Below, piece by piece: positions 16,504 through 29,057 of a stretch of 64,000 bases of DNA. The DNA lies in the NCBI GenBank assembly GCA_965248575.1, contig CBDFJQ010000002.1, positions 4,192,001 through 4,256,000 on the forward strand, read 5' to 3'. The notes below the pieces were generated by a model, which worked only from the letters and a program-made list of their open reading frames with translations, had not been told where the DNA came from and searched no databases. How positions within the stretch are numbered: position 1 is the first letter of the stretch; each line of letters starts with the position of its first letter. The translations under genes were made by a program, and so were the position numbers. Source of the stretch: Planctomycetota bacterium. GTDB lineage: Bacteria; Planctomycetota; B15-G4.

Positions 16504-18951
16504 CTAAGAACGAGGGGTGGGCGTGCGCTTCTTGCGGAACACGCTGGTCAAGCTCACCAGCCCCTTGGCGGCGATCTGTGCAGCCTTGGGTTGGTTGCGC
16601 GTGAGCAGCTCGGCGATCTGCTTCTGGGTGGCCTTCTCGCCCAGCAGGGAGAGGAACACTTCCCGCTCGAGGTCGAGCAGCTGCTGTTCGTGCAACCAGG
16701 TCGCACCGGGCAGGTCTCCGCCGGTGATGACCCAGGCGATGCGCCCTGCGACATAGGCGTCGTGTTCGCGTACGAAGCCTCCTTGCAGCAGATGGGCGAC
16801 GCCGACGTCAAAGGGGCCGCGACCGGGGGTGCCCAACACGCGGATGGCCGTGCGCACGGCGGGAGCTCTGTAGCCCTCCTCGGCCAGGCGCAACACTTCG
16901 CGCTTGGCGACCCATAGCCGGCGGTCGGCGTTCATGACGATCGTGCCCGCGCGGGACATGAAGCCGAGCTCCTGGGCTTCGTGTGCGCTGGTGGCTACTT
17001 GCGCCTTGGCGACGGTCTCGAAGGCCTTGCGCAGGAAGGGCGCGACGTGTTCCGGCGCAGGGGACGCCGCTTGTTCAGCCGCCCACGCTGCCATGCGCAT
17101 GGTGCCGCCGCCAGCGGGGATCAGGCCTGCGCCAATCTCCACCAGACCCACATAGGACTCGGCTGCGCACACGGGGTAGGGGCAGGCCATCGTCATCTCG
17201 CAGGCACCGCCCAGGACCCGACCCTGGGTGGCGACCAGCACCGGCTTGGCTGCATAGCGCACCCGCTGGCCCGCCTGTTGGAAGGTCCCGATGGCTGCGT
17301 CGATGTCGGACCAATGCCCTTGCATGACGGCTACGGCCATCTCGGCCAGGTTGGCACCGACGCTGAAGTGCTCGGCGCTGTTGCCGATGACCATGCCAGC
17401 CCAAGGGCCGGACTCCACGGTTTCGATGGCATGGAACAGGCCGTCGAGCACTTGCCGCCCCAGCGTGTTCATCTTGCTGCGGAACTCGAACAACGCGACG
17501 CCATCACCCAGGTCGACGAGGCCGCACTCCTCGTTGCTCCAGATGTCGTCGCGGGTCGAGCGCAGGTTGACGAGGTCGAGCTCGTCGTGCGGCAGTGGGC
17601 GGTCGGTGTAGGCAGCTGCTTCCGGGTTCCAGCTGCCCAGGGCGTCCTGTGCCGGGCGGTAGAAGGAATCGAGCCCCTGGCGCTCCATCTCGTCGACCCA
17701 GGCGGGCAGCGCGAGGCGTTGGGCCCGCATTTCGTCGAGCACCAGCTGGAAGCCCAGGGCTTCCCAGACCTGGAAGGGGCCGAGGCGCCATCCGAAGCCG
17801 AGTCGCAAAGCGCCGTCCACATCGGCCACGACGTCGGAGATCTCGGGCAGACGACGCGCGCTGTACGCCAGCAGGTCGAGGGTCGTGCGGCGGAAGAACT
17901 CGCCCATGCGCCCCGTGTCTTCGTAGAGCGCTCGCAGCCGTGCCGGGAGGTCGCCAGCCTTCTTGATGCCGTCCACCTCGAGGCGCTTGCCGCTGGGGGG
18001 CGCGTACTCCATGGACTGCGGGTCCATGGACAGGATCTTGCCGTCCTGCTTCTTGTAGAAGCCTTGCTTGGTCTTGGCGCCGAGGGCTTCTCGTTCGACG
18101 AGCTTCAACAGCAGCCACGGTGGCCGGAAGGCCTCGCGGCTTTCGTCGGACTCCACGCCCTCGTAGAGGTTGTTGGCGACGTGCACCAAGGTGTCCAGGC
18201 CCACGAGGTCTGCGGTGCGGAAGGTCGCCGAGCGGGGTCGGCCGATGAGCGTTCCGGTCAGCACGTCCACGTCCTCGATGCTGAAGTCGTGCTCCGTGAC
18301 CTGCCTGATGGCCTGCATCGCTGCGTAGATGCCGATGCGGTTGCCGATGAAGTTGGGTGTGTCCTTGGCCTGGATGACTCCCTTGCCAAGGTGCAGGCGG
18401 GCGAAGTGGGCGACACGTTCGAGCACCTCGGGCGAGGTGTCCGGCGTCGCAATGACCTCGAACAGCTTCAAGTAGCGGGGTGGGTTGAAGAAGTGGGTGC
18501 CGAGGAAGCGGCCGCGGAAGCTCTCGCTGCGTCCCGCGGAGATCTTGTGGATGGGCAACCCGCTGGTGTTGGTGGAAATGACGGCGTCTTCGCGCACGAC
18601 GCCTTCGAGGCGCTCCATCAAGGCCTGCTTGATGTCCATGCGCTCGATGACCGCCTCGATGACCCAATCCACCTGCCCCAGCCTGTCCAGGTCATCGTCG
18701 AGGTTGCCGGGCGTGATGAGCTCAGCTCGATCTGCGGTGAAGAAGGGATTGGGGTTGAGCTTCTTGGCCATGGCCAACCCCTTGCGGGCGGCCGCGCTGC
18801 GGTCGGGCCCATCGCTGGCGATGTCCAGCAGCTGGACGCTCAGCCCGGCGTTGGCGAGGTGTGCAGCAATCTGGGCACCCATGACTCCGGCGCCAAGTAC
18901 GGCAGCGGTTCGGAATGGGCGGGGCGGGGTCTTCGACACGTCGGAACTCAT
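16504..18951 (-). CDS. fadN: 3-hydroxyacyl-CoA dehydrogenase / enoyl-CoA hydratase fusion (FadN type)
   Basis: VLGAGVMG, EAVIE, STNTSG, HFFNPPRY, KDTPNFIGNRIG, then a crotonase domain (FSVGANL, LGGACE, GLVEIGAGLIP). Confidence 0.92.
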   Translation of the reverse strand: MSSDVSKTPPRPFRTAAVLGAGVMGAQIAAHLANAGLSVQLLDIASDGPDRSAAARKGLAMAKKLNPNPFFTADRAELITPGNLDDDLDRLGQVDWVIEAVIERMDIKQALMERLEGVVREDAVISTNTSGLPIHKISAGRSESFRGRFLGTHFFNPPRYLKLFEVIATPDTSPEVLERVAHFARLHLGKGVIQAKDTPNFIGNRIGIYAAMQAIRQVTEHDFSIEDVDVLTGTLIGRPRSATFRTADLVGLDTLVHVANNLYEGVESDESREAFRPPWLLLKLVEREALGAKTKQGFYKKQDGKILSMDPQSMEYAPPSGKRLEVDGIKKAGDLPARLRALYEDTGRMGEFFRRTTLDLLAYSARRLPEISDVVADVDGALRLGFGWRLGPFQVWEALGFQLVLDEMRAQRLALPAWVDEMERQGLDSFYRPAQDALGSWNPEAAAYTDRPLPHDELDLVNLRSTRDDIWSNEECGLVDLGDGVALFEFRSKMNTLGRQVLDGLFHAIETVESGPWAGMVIGNSAEHFSVGANLAEMAVAVMQGHWSDIDAAIGTFQQAGQRVRYAAKPVLVATQGRVLGGACEMTMACPYPVCAAESYVGLVEIGAGLIPAGGGTMRMAAWAAEQAASPAPEHVAPFLRKAFETVAKAQVATSAHEAQELGFMSRAGTIVMNADRRLWVAKREVLRLAEEGYRAPAVRTAIRVLGTPGRGPFDVGVAHLLQGGFVREHDAYVAGRIAWVITGGDLPGATWLHEQQLLDLEREVFLSLLGEKATQKQIAELLTRNQPKAAQIAAKGLVSLTSVFRKKRTPTPRS

Positions 18952-19122
18952 GGGAGGACTCACCCTTTGGTGGGGGCGGCCGGTCGGGTTGCGAAAGACT
19001 GTCCGAGCACGGGACGAGGGTGGAGCAAGACTTTCACCGTAGCAGCCAGAAGAGGGCCCTTCGACGGCCGTGACGCCGAGCCGGAAAGGTTGTCCAGGAT
19101 TCCCGTGTATCCTGAGGGTTCC

Positions 19123-20529
19123 ATGCCGTTTTCCCGAAAACTCCCTGTTCTCCTGGTGTGCCTGTGGTGCACCTGTCTGGGCGTCGCGCGTGCGCAGCTT
19201 GGCGTCTCACCCACGACGCCCAGCATGCCCTCCACGCCCCAGGCAGGGAGTACGGGCACGGGCGTTCCCGGTCTCCGCACGGCCATGAAGTGTGCCGTTG
19301 ACTCAACAGGTTCCATGAGCGCCTGGATTTCAGGGCGTCGGGGGCTGTGGGTCGAGGGATGGCCCGGAACCCATGGAGCCGAGCTGCGTCTGGGCCGCGG
19401 GAGCTGGCCCCGCTTCCTGCCGGACGGGCGACTGGTCTTCGAGCTGACGGAGGACGACGGCCACACCACCTCGACCAGCCTCGCCTTCGTGCTGGAGCCC
19501 GGGAGCCTGAAGGCACGGACCGCATGGCCCGGCGAGGAGCTGGGAATGTGGGTGGCGCCGCCGACGCTCCAGGCCGCGACCGGGGCGACGCGGGTCTGTC
19601 TCGATGCGGGGCACGGCGGAATGGATCCCGGCGCCCTGGGCAACGGGCTCCAGGAGAAGGACGTCACCCTGGATGTCGTGTTGAGACTCGCGGACCTGCT
19701 CGCCACGGACAACGGTGATGAGTCGGGGGGCGGCAGCTGGGATGTCTTGCTCACGCGCACCGACGACAGCGACGTGTCCTTGGCCGAGCGGGTCACGATG
19801 GCCAATGCCTTCGCAGCCGAGAGTTACCTTTCGCTGCACGCGAACGCTTTCGGCGACCCTGCTGCCCAGGGCACCGAGACCTACGCCTGGGCCGAGGCCA
19901 CGGTGGCGGCGCAGCTTCGGGATCGGGTGCACACCCGGATGCTGCAGGCTTGGAATCTCGTGGACCGCGGGACGAAGACGGCCGGTTTCTACGTGCTGCT
20001 GATGACCACGATGCCTGCCTCCCTGTCCGAGATGGGCTTCATCACGAGTCCCGTGGACTCCGTGTTGCTCGGAGATCCGGACGCGCGGGAGAGCATGGCC
20101 CTCGCGCATGTCTTCGCGCTGCAAGAGCATCACGGTTACACCATCCACGAACCGTCGCTCTTCGAGATCCTGCGCGGCGGGGTCTATGGGACCGTGGGCA
20201 AGCCGTCGTTGATCGGCAAGGGGCCGCTGATTGCCGGGTCCAGCTTCTCCATGAAGCTGGTGGATGGCCTCCCGCTTTCGACGGCCGTGCTCTTCTATTC
20301 CTTCACGTCGTCGCCCACGCCCTTCCTGGGCGGTCTGCTGTATCCCTTCCCGGCTCCGCGCCTGCTGTTCTTGCAGACCGATGCAGCCGGTGCGGCTCAG
20401 GGTTCCGGCCAGTGGCCAGCCGGGCTCCCTTCAGGAACTCAGATCTGGTACCAGGCGGGGGTGGTGGATCCGTTCGTGCCCGTTCACGGCGCGTCCTTGA
20501 GCGACGCCGTGGTCAGCACGACTCCCTAG
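19123..20529 (+). CDS. Secreted N-acetylmuramoyl-L-alanine amidase (Amidase_3) with accessory N- and C-terminal domains
   Basis: Signal peptide; LDAGHGG.DPGA..EKD, LLTR, SLHANA, SEMGFI; ATG at 19123 inside the long 16981..20529 ORF. Confidence 0.88.
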   Translation: MPFSRKLPVLLVCLWCTCLGVARAQLGVSPTTPSMPSTPQAGSTGTGVPGLRTAMKCAVDSTGSMSAWISGRRGLWVEGWPGTHGAELRLGRGSWPRFLPDGRLVFELTEDDGHTTSTSLAFVLEPGSLKARTAWPGEELGMWVAPPTLQAATGATRVCLDAGHGGMDPGALGNGLQEKDVTLDVVLRLADLLATDNGDESGGGSWDVLLTRTDDSDVSLAERVTMANAFAAESYLSLHANAFGDPAAQGTETYAWAEATVAAQLRDRVHTRMLQAWNLVDRGTKTAGFYVLLMTTMPASLSEMGFITSPVDSVLLGDPDARESMALAHVFALQEHHGYTIHEPSLFEILRGGVYGTVGKPSLIGKGPLIAGSSFSMKLVDGLPLSTAVLFYSFTSSPTPFLGGLLYPFPAPRLLFLQTDAAGAAQGSGQWPAGLPSGTQIWYQAGVVDPFVPVHGASLSDAVVSTTP

Positions 20530-20539
20530 CGCCGGTTGA

Positions 20540-21883
20540 CTAGCGTCGGTTGCCGCGCGCCGGCTTTGCCTTGGCCTTGCGGTTGGCTTTCGCGGGTCGC
20601 TGCGCTGCTTTCGGAGGCTTGGGTGCCTTGGAAGCGCCGACGGCCTGGGCGACATCCGCCAGGTGCAGCCAACGTTGGCGAGACAGCTCGTCACGCCAAC
20701 GACCCACGAGGTTCGAGTTGGTGTGGATTCGCGAATCCCCCCAGTCGGGCCAAGCAGACGTCTTGCGCCAGTCCACGGGCAGCATGGTGACCGCCTTGAT
20801 CTCGGGGTGGAGGTCGAGGAAGGCGAGGAACGGCCGGAACCACTGGGTCCAGACGGCCTCGGCGCGCACCCCTCGGGGGTCCTCGCGGCTGGAGACGATG
20901 TCCATGCGCTGGGGAGTCGCTTCACCGATGAGCACAGGCTTGCCCGCGCGGCGCGCATGTTCGAGCAGCAGATCCGTGACCAGGTAGAAACGGTCAGCCT
21001 GGTTGCGGCCGTGGCCAGCGAGACCGGAGAAATGGAGCGGGCTGAAGACGTCGACGCTGTACCAGTCGATGACGTCATCACCCGGGTACCAGCGGAACTC
21101 ACCTTGCGCGTTGCGCTCGAAGATCTCCGGGTCGCCGTGCGGGACGATGCACCAGACGAAGGCCACATTGTCCGCCTTGCGGGCGCGGAAGCGTTCGACG
21201 ACCTTGCGGTAGGCAAGCGGGAACACATAGGGGTGATGACCGTTCCAGCTGCCGTTGATCTCGTTCCCGATGCGGAGCAGGACGCGCACGCCGGAATCCC
21301 TGATGGTGTCCGCGATCTCATCGAGCCGAGCGTCGTACTGCGTGGTGTGAGCGACCGCGTAGTCAGTGCCCGTGCTGCCCCCCTCCGAGGCGACGCCGAA
21401 GGAGAGAGCGAGGTTCACCAGCCCTCCCGTGTTCTGGGCGATGCGCAGGCTCTCATCCAGTTGGTGTCGGTCGACACTGACGCCGCGCGTCCCCTCCACG
21501 ACGACCCAGCTCGCAATGCCGGCCGGCTGGAGGGCGTCCCCCATGGTCCGGGAGTATTCGACCAGCTCCTGTTGTTGCCCGAGCATCGTGCCCGCGAAGT
21601 GCAGGATGCGATCGTCGGGTGGTTCGTGCAGGGCAAGCGTGCGGGGGGCCTGCACCTGCTGGGTGGGGAAGAGGTCGTCGAGGGAGTCGTCGTACCCCTC
21701 CGCGAGCGGGTCCAGCAGGCGCGTGGCCTCGGCCCAGAGACTCTCTGCCAGCGCGGCATCGCTGGCACGCTGGCTGACGGAGTTTCGCTGAACAGGTTGA
21801 GACGTCGCGCAACCGGCGGTGGCCAGACAGAGCGCCGTGCACAGGACTGTGAACCGGACCGGGAGGAGCCGTTGAACGCTCAT
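20540..21883 (-). CDS. Glycoside hydrolase family 26-like lipoprotein
   Basis: Lipobox ATAGC; LRIGNEINGSW (acid/base Glu), WYPGDDVIDW, KPVLIGE (nucleophile). Confidence 0.82.
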   Translation of the reverse strand: MSVQRLLPVRFTVLCTALCLATAGCATSQPVQRNSVSQRASDAALAESLWAEATRLLDPLAEGYDDSLDDLFPTQQVQAPRTLALHEPPDDRILHFAGTMLGQQQELVEYSRTMGDALQPAGIASWVVVEGTRGVSVDRHQLDESLRIAQNTGGLVNLALSFGVASEGGSTGTDYAVAHTTQYDARLDEIADTIRDSGVRVLLRIGNEINGSWNGHHPYVFPLAYRKVVERFRARKADNVAFVWCIVPHGDPEIFERNAQGEFRWYPGDDVIDWYSVDVFSPLHFSGLAGHGRNQADRFYLVTDLLLEHARRAGKPVLIGEATPQRMDIVSSREDPRGVRAEAVWTQWFRPFLAFLDLHPEIKAVTMLPVDWRKTSAWPDWGDSRIHTNSNLVGRWRDELSRQRWLHLADVAQAVGASKAPKPPKAAQRPAKANRKAKAKPARGNRR

Positions 21884-22194
21884 GGAGATGCGAGGACTTC
21901 AGGAGAGGTGGAGGAGCGGGACGCGATCGAGGCGCTGAGGGGGGCCGCTGAATCATCGGCGATAGCACGACGTAGCTGAACCACCGTGCCGGGGACAAGT
22001 CGCGAACTGACCGGACGAGCCTGGCGCGAGCAAAGGGCCCCATGCGAGGTGGGGGCGCTGGAGGGCCGCTTCCTGGTCTTGGCGGGGGATTGGCCCAGGG
22101 TTTCGGCCCCGGGGCGCAGCCGTTATGTTTGCGCGACTCTTTCCTCGACTCCCCCTCGATCCCTCCACTTTCACAGCAAGGCGAGACCAGCACC

Positions 22195-23193
22195 ATGGGC
22201 CAGCGATACGACGTATACGGAGTGGGCAACGCCCTGGTGGACATCGAAGTGGAAGCCACGGAGGACCAGCTGAAAGAGCTTGGGGTCGACAAGGGCGTCA
22301 TGACGCTGGTCGAGCCGGATCGCCAGGCCTACCTGTTGGGGAAGCTCAGCGGCGTTCAGCATCGGCGGACCGGCGGCGGGTCTGCGGCAAACACGATCAT
22401 GGCCTTGGCCCACCTCGGGGCCCGTTGCTACTACTCGTGCCGCATCGCGGACGATGACACAGGGAACTTCTTTGCCGATGACATGAAGGCCGCAGGCGTC
22501 GAGACGAACGCGCACGCCGACAAGGGGAACGATGCCGCAACCGGCAGCTGCCTCGTGATGGTGACGCCCGATGCCGACCGCACCATGAACACGAGCCTGG
22601 GGATCAGCGCGACCTTGACGGCGCAGCAGCTCGTGGAGGATCAGCTTGCGGCGTCCAACTACCTCTACATCGAAGGCTATCTGGTGAGCACGCCCAACTC
22701 TCTCGAGACCGCGCATGCGGCTCGCAAGATGGCGGCCCAGCACGACGTCAAAACTGCGTTCACGTTCTCGGATCCGGCCATGGTGCGTTTCTGCCGCGAC
22801 GGCTTGGACCAGGTCCTGGGTGACGGTGTCGACGTCCTGCTGTGCAACGAGGAAGAGGCACTGGGATTCACCGGGCGCGACTCCATCGAAGAGGCGGGTG
22901 ACGCCTTGCGCGAGCGAGCGGGCATCCTGGGCATGACCTTGGGGCCCAAGGGCGCCCGGGTCTGGGATGGCAGCACGTGGTTGGACATCGCGCCGCACGC
23001 AGTGGATGCGATCGACACCAACGGTGCGGGCGACCTGTTCGCGGGCGCCTTCCTGTACGGCATCACCCAGGGGCTCGGCTGCCAGAAGGCGGGCGAGTTG
23101 GCGAGCCTCGGGTCCGCTCGATTGGTGACGCGCTTCGGTGCCCGCATGGATCGGGAAGGCTTGCAGGACGTGAGGAGCACGGTCCTCGGCTAG
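22195..23193 (+). CDS. PfkB family sugar/nucleoside kinase (adenosine kinase-like)
   Basis: GNALVD, GGSAAN, YLYIEGY, NEEEA, DTNGAGDLFAGAF. Confidence 0.92.
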   Translation: MGQRYDVYGVGNALVDIEVEATEDQLKELGVDKGVMTLVEPDRQAYLLGKLSGVQHRRTGGGSAANTIMALAHLGARCYYSCRIADDDTGNFFADDMKAAGVETNAHADKGNDAATGSCLVMVTPDADRTMNTSLGISATLTAQQLVEDQLAASNYLYIEGYLVSTPNSLETAHAARKMAAQHDVKTAFTFSDPAMVRFCRDGLDQVLGDGVDVLLCNEEEALGFTGRDSIEEAGDALRERAGILGMTLGPKGARVWDGSTWLDIAPHAVDAIDTNGAGDLFAGAFLYGITQGLGCQKAGELASLGSARLVTRFGARMDREGLQDVRSTVLG

Positions 23194-23729
23194 TCGGTCT
23201 GCTGCTCGGAGTCAGCTGCCTCGTGCAGGGTCGCGTCGTCGTAGAAACCGAGGCCGTGGCCTGCTCCGGCCCTCGCCTTGGCAATCCAGACTGCTTGGCC
23301 CGTGTGCCAGGAGAAGTGCTCGACGACGTGGTAGACCGCCTCTTCGCAGCTCACGTCGTAGCCCTGGATGGAGAGCCGTCGGCCGAGGGCATTTTGGTCC
23401 AGGCTTTCGAGCAGCGTGGCAGCATCCCGAACGGTGTCCTCCAAAGCGCCCAGGAGCTGCTCGCCGTCGCGGCCCGGTGGGCCCTCGGTGGCGGCAAACT
23501 CGCTGTCCCGGTCCCGTTGGTCCCGGTGGTCGCCCAGCCCGCACAGGATCCACTGGCGCAGATTGCCTTCGAGATGCAGCAGGATCGTGCCGAAGCTGAT
23601 GCAATCGGGGTGGGGTCTCCAGAAGAGATCGGCGTTGGGCAGGATGTCTGCGGCAGACCGGAGACGGGGGAGGTAGACGTCTCGCAGGTAGCGCGCGGAT
23701 TCCATGGCGAAGGACGAGGACGCGGCCAT
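23190..23729 (-). CDS. DinB/DUF1572 family protein
   Basis: LFWRP...SFGTILLHLEGNLRQWI, RDRDSEF, HVVEHFSWHTGQ. Confidence 0.85.
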   Translation of the reverse strand: MAASSSFAMESARYLRDVYLPRLRSAADILPNADLFWRPHPDCISFGTILLHLEGNLRQWILCGLGDHRDQRDRDSEFAATEGPPGRDGEQLLGALEDTVRDAATLLESLDQNALGRRLSIQGYDVSCEEAVYHVVEHFSWHTGQAVWIAKARAGAGHGLGFYDDATLHEAADSEQQTD

Positions 23730-23810
23730 CGGGCAACTCCGGACGGGATGGTGGGGCGCGACGGTCAGTGACCTCGCGATCCGGCGGTCCATCGAGGTTA
23801 CGCTGCAGTC

Positions 23811-24433
23811 ATGTCGGGCACACGTGTCATCGAATGCGGTTATGAGGACCCCCTGGATCTTGTCTGGGTCCGCACAGCTGCGCGGATGGGGATGGAGCTG
23901 CAGCGTTCAGCGGAGGTCTATGCGGCGTGGGATGGGGCCGGGTGTTTGCGCATCGCCGACAGCGCGAGCATGGATGCTGACGACTGCCTAGCGCAGCTGG
24001 TGTTCCACGAGATGTGTCACGCCTTGGTGGAAGGCCCCGACGCCTGGGCAATGCCCGACTGGGGGCTCAGCAACCGGGACGAGCGGCATCTCACCCGTGA
24101 GTACGCGTGCCATCGGCTGCAGGCTGCCCTGGCGGATCGTTACGGCTTGCGGCGCTTTCTCGCGGTGACCACGGATCACCGTGCTCACTACGACGCGCTG
24201 CCTTCAGACACACTGAGCACGTCCGGCACCCAGGGCCCGGAGCGTGATGCAGCGATCGAGGCGGCCGTGATCGGCTGGGAGCGTGCACAGGGAGAGCCGT
24301 GGGTGGGACCTCTCTCAGCCGCACTGCAGGCCACGGCAGAGATCGCGAAGGCCGTGCAGCGGGTTCAGGGGGGCGACGACGAACCCACAGGGTCTGCGGC
24401 GGCCTCCCTCTGGGCGCGCGTTCGGCCGCTCGA

Positions 24434-24437
<4 letters not shown>
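23811..24437 (+). CDS. Conserved hypothetical protein with HExxH metal-binding motif
   Basis: [23 protein letters not shown]; coding-like codon bias. Confidence 0.7.
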
Positions 24438-27652
<3,215 letters not shown>

Positions 27653-27723
27653 GTGGGCCGCTCAATCAACGGAGTGTCGTGCGTGTCTTTCGGCAACGCA
27701 CTCGCTCCGGCTTGACGGCCCTC

Positions 27724-28992
27724 CTAGGAATTCGGGCGGGGAATGGCCCGTACGAGGCGGCCCATGCTCAGGCCCTGGACCAGGATCGAGAAGACCACCA
27801 CGACGTAGGTGATGGTCAGGAGGGGCGCACGGGCCTCCAGCGAGGCCGGGAGGGACAGGGCCAGGGCAATGGAGATACCGCCCCTGAGGCCGCCCCAGGT
27901 CATGATTCGCACCGCGTGGGGGGTGAAGGGCCGGAAACGGCTCAGGAGCCTCACGGTGCCGCCCACGCTGGTCAGGCGGGCCAGGAGGACGAGCGGGATG
28001 GCCACGACGCCCAAGGCCAGGTGTGACGCGGGAAAATCGAGCACCAGCAGCTCCATCCCGATGAACACGAAGAGCAGCACGTTGAGGATGCCGTCCACGA
28101 GCTCCCAGAACGTGTCGATGTGTCGCCGGGTGGTGTCGGACATGGCGTAGACCCGCCCGGTGTTGCCCACGAAGAGGCCGGCCACCACGACCGCCAGGGG
28201 GCCCGAGCTGTGGACCGCCGTGGCCAGGGAGTAGACCCCCATGCACAGGGCCAGGGTGAGCATGACCTCGACCTGGTAGTTGTCGACCGACTTGAGCATG
28301 CGATACGCGAGCCAGCCGGTGAGCAGGCCGAGCAGGAGGCTGCCCACGACCTCCTGGGCGAAGAAAGCGGCGATGGCCGAGGCACCCATGCTCTCGGCAC
28401 CGTGGCCAGCGCCGCCGCTGTTCGTCGCGGCGACCTGCATCAGCACGCTGAAGACCACCACACCGATGCCGTCGTTGAAGAGGCTCTCCCCGGCGATCTT
28501 GGTCTCGAGTGACTTGGGCGCGCCGGCGGACTTGAGAATGGAGAGGACGGCGATGGGGTCCGTGGGCGCGATGAGGGCACCGAACAGCAGGCAGGGCAGG
28601 AAACCCAGGGAGACGCCGAAGGCTGCAGACGCCAGGTAGATCATTCCGCCCACCAGGACCGTGGTGACGACGACTCCCACGGTGGCCAGGCAAGCGATGA
28701 CCCACTTCTGGCCCAGGAGGTCGCTCAGGTCGATGTGCAGCGCCCCGGCGAAGAGCAGGAACGCGAGCATCACGTCCATCAATGCATGCTCGAAGTCCAA
28801 GGTGGCGAGGATGCTCTCGACCGAGTCCACCAAGTGGATGCCGACGGCATCCAGGCCCATCAGCACCAGGGACATCACCAGGGCGACGACCATCACGCCC
28901 ACCGTCGTGGGCAGCTTGATGAAGCGGTGGTTCACCCAGGAGAAGACCGCCGCAACGACGATCATCAAGGAGATGAGGGGGAACACGTCCAT
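27724..28992 (-). CDS. nhaP: Na+/H+ antiporter, CPA1 family
   Basis: LLFAGALH, FGALIAPTDPIAV, GESLFNDG, WGGLRGGISIALAL. Confidence 0.92.
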   Translation of the reverse strand: MDVFPLISLMIVVAAVFSWVNHRFIKLPTTVGVMVVALVMSLVLMGLDAVGIHLVDSVESILATLDFEHALMDVMLAFLLFAGALHIDLSDLLGQKWVIACLATVGVVVTTVLVGGMIYLASAAFGVSLGFLPCLLFGALIAPTDPIAVLSILKSAGAPKSLETKIAGESLFNDGIGVVVFSVLMQVAATNSGGAGHGAESMGASAIAAFFAQEVVGSLLLGLLTGWLAYRMLKSVDNYQVEVMLTLALCMGVYSLATAVHSSGPLAVVVAGLFVGNTGRVYAMSDTTRRHIDTFWELVDGILNVLLFVFIGMELLVLDFPASHLALGVVAIPLVLLARLTSVGGTVRLLSRFRPFTPHAVRIMTWGGLRGGISIALALSLPASLEARAPLLTITYVVVVFSILVQGLSMGRLVRAIPRPNS

Positions 28993-29057
28993 CGAGGCTG
29001 CCTCAGTCGGTTCGGGAAGAGGGGCTCACCCTGTCCGCTCGACGGACGGAAGGCAAG

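Noticed and set aside
16981..19122. N-terminal 714 codons of the 1182-aa plus-strand ORF
   Set aside because: Antisense shadow of fadN; only the part from ATG 19123 has a signal peptide and amidase motifs
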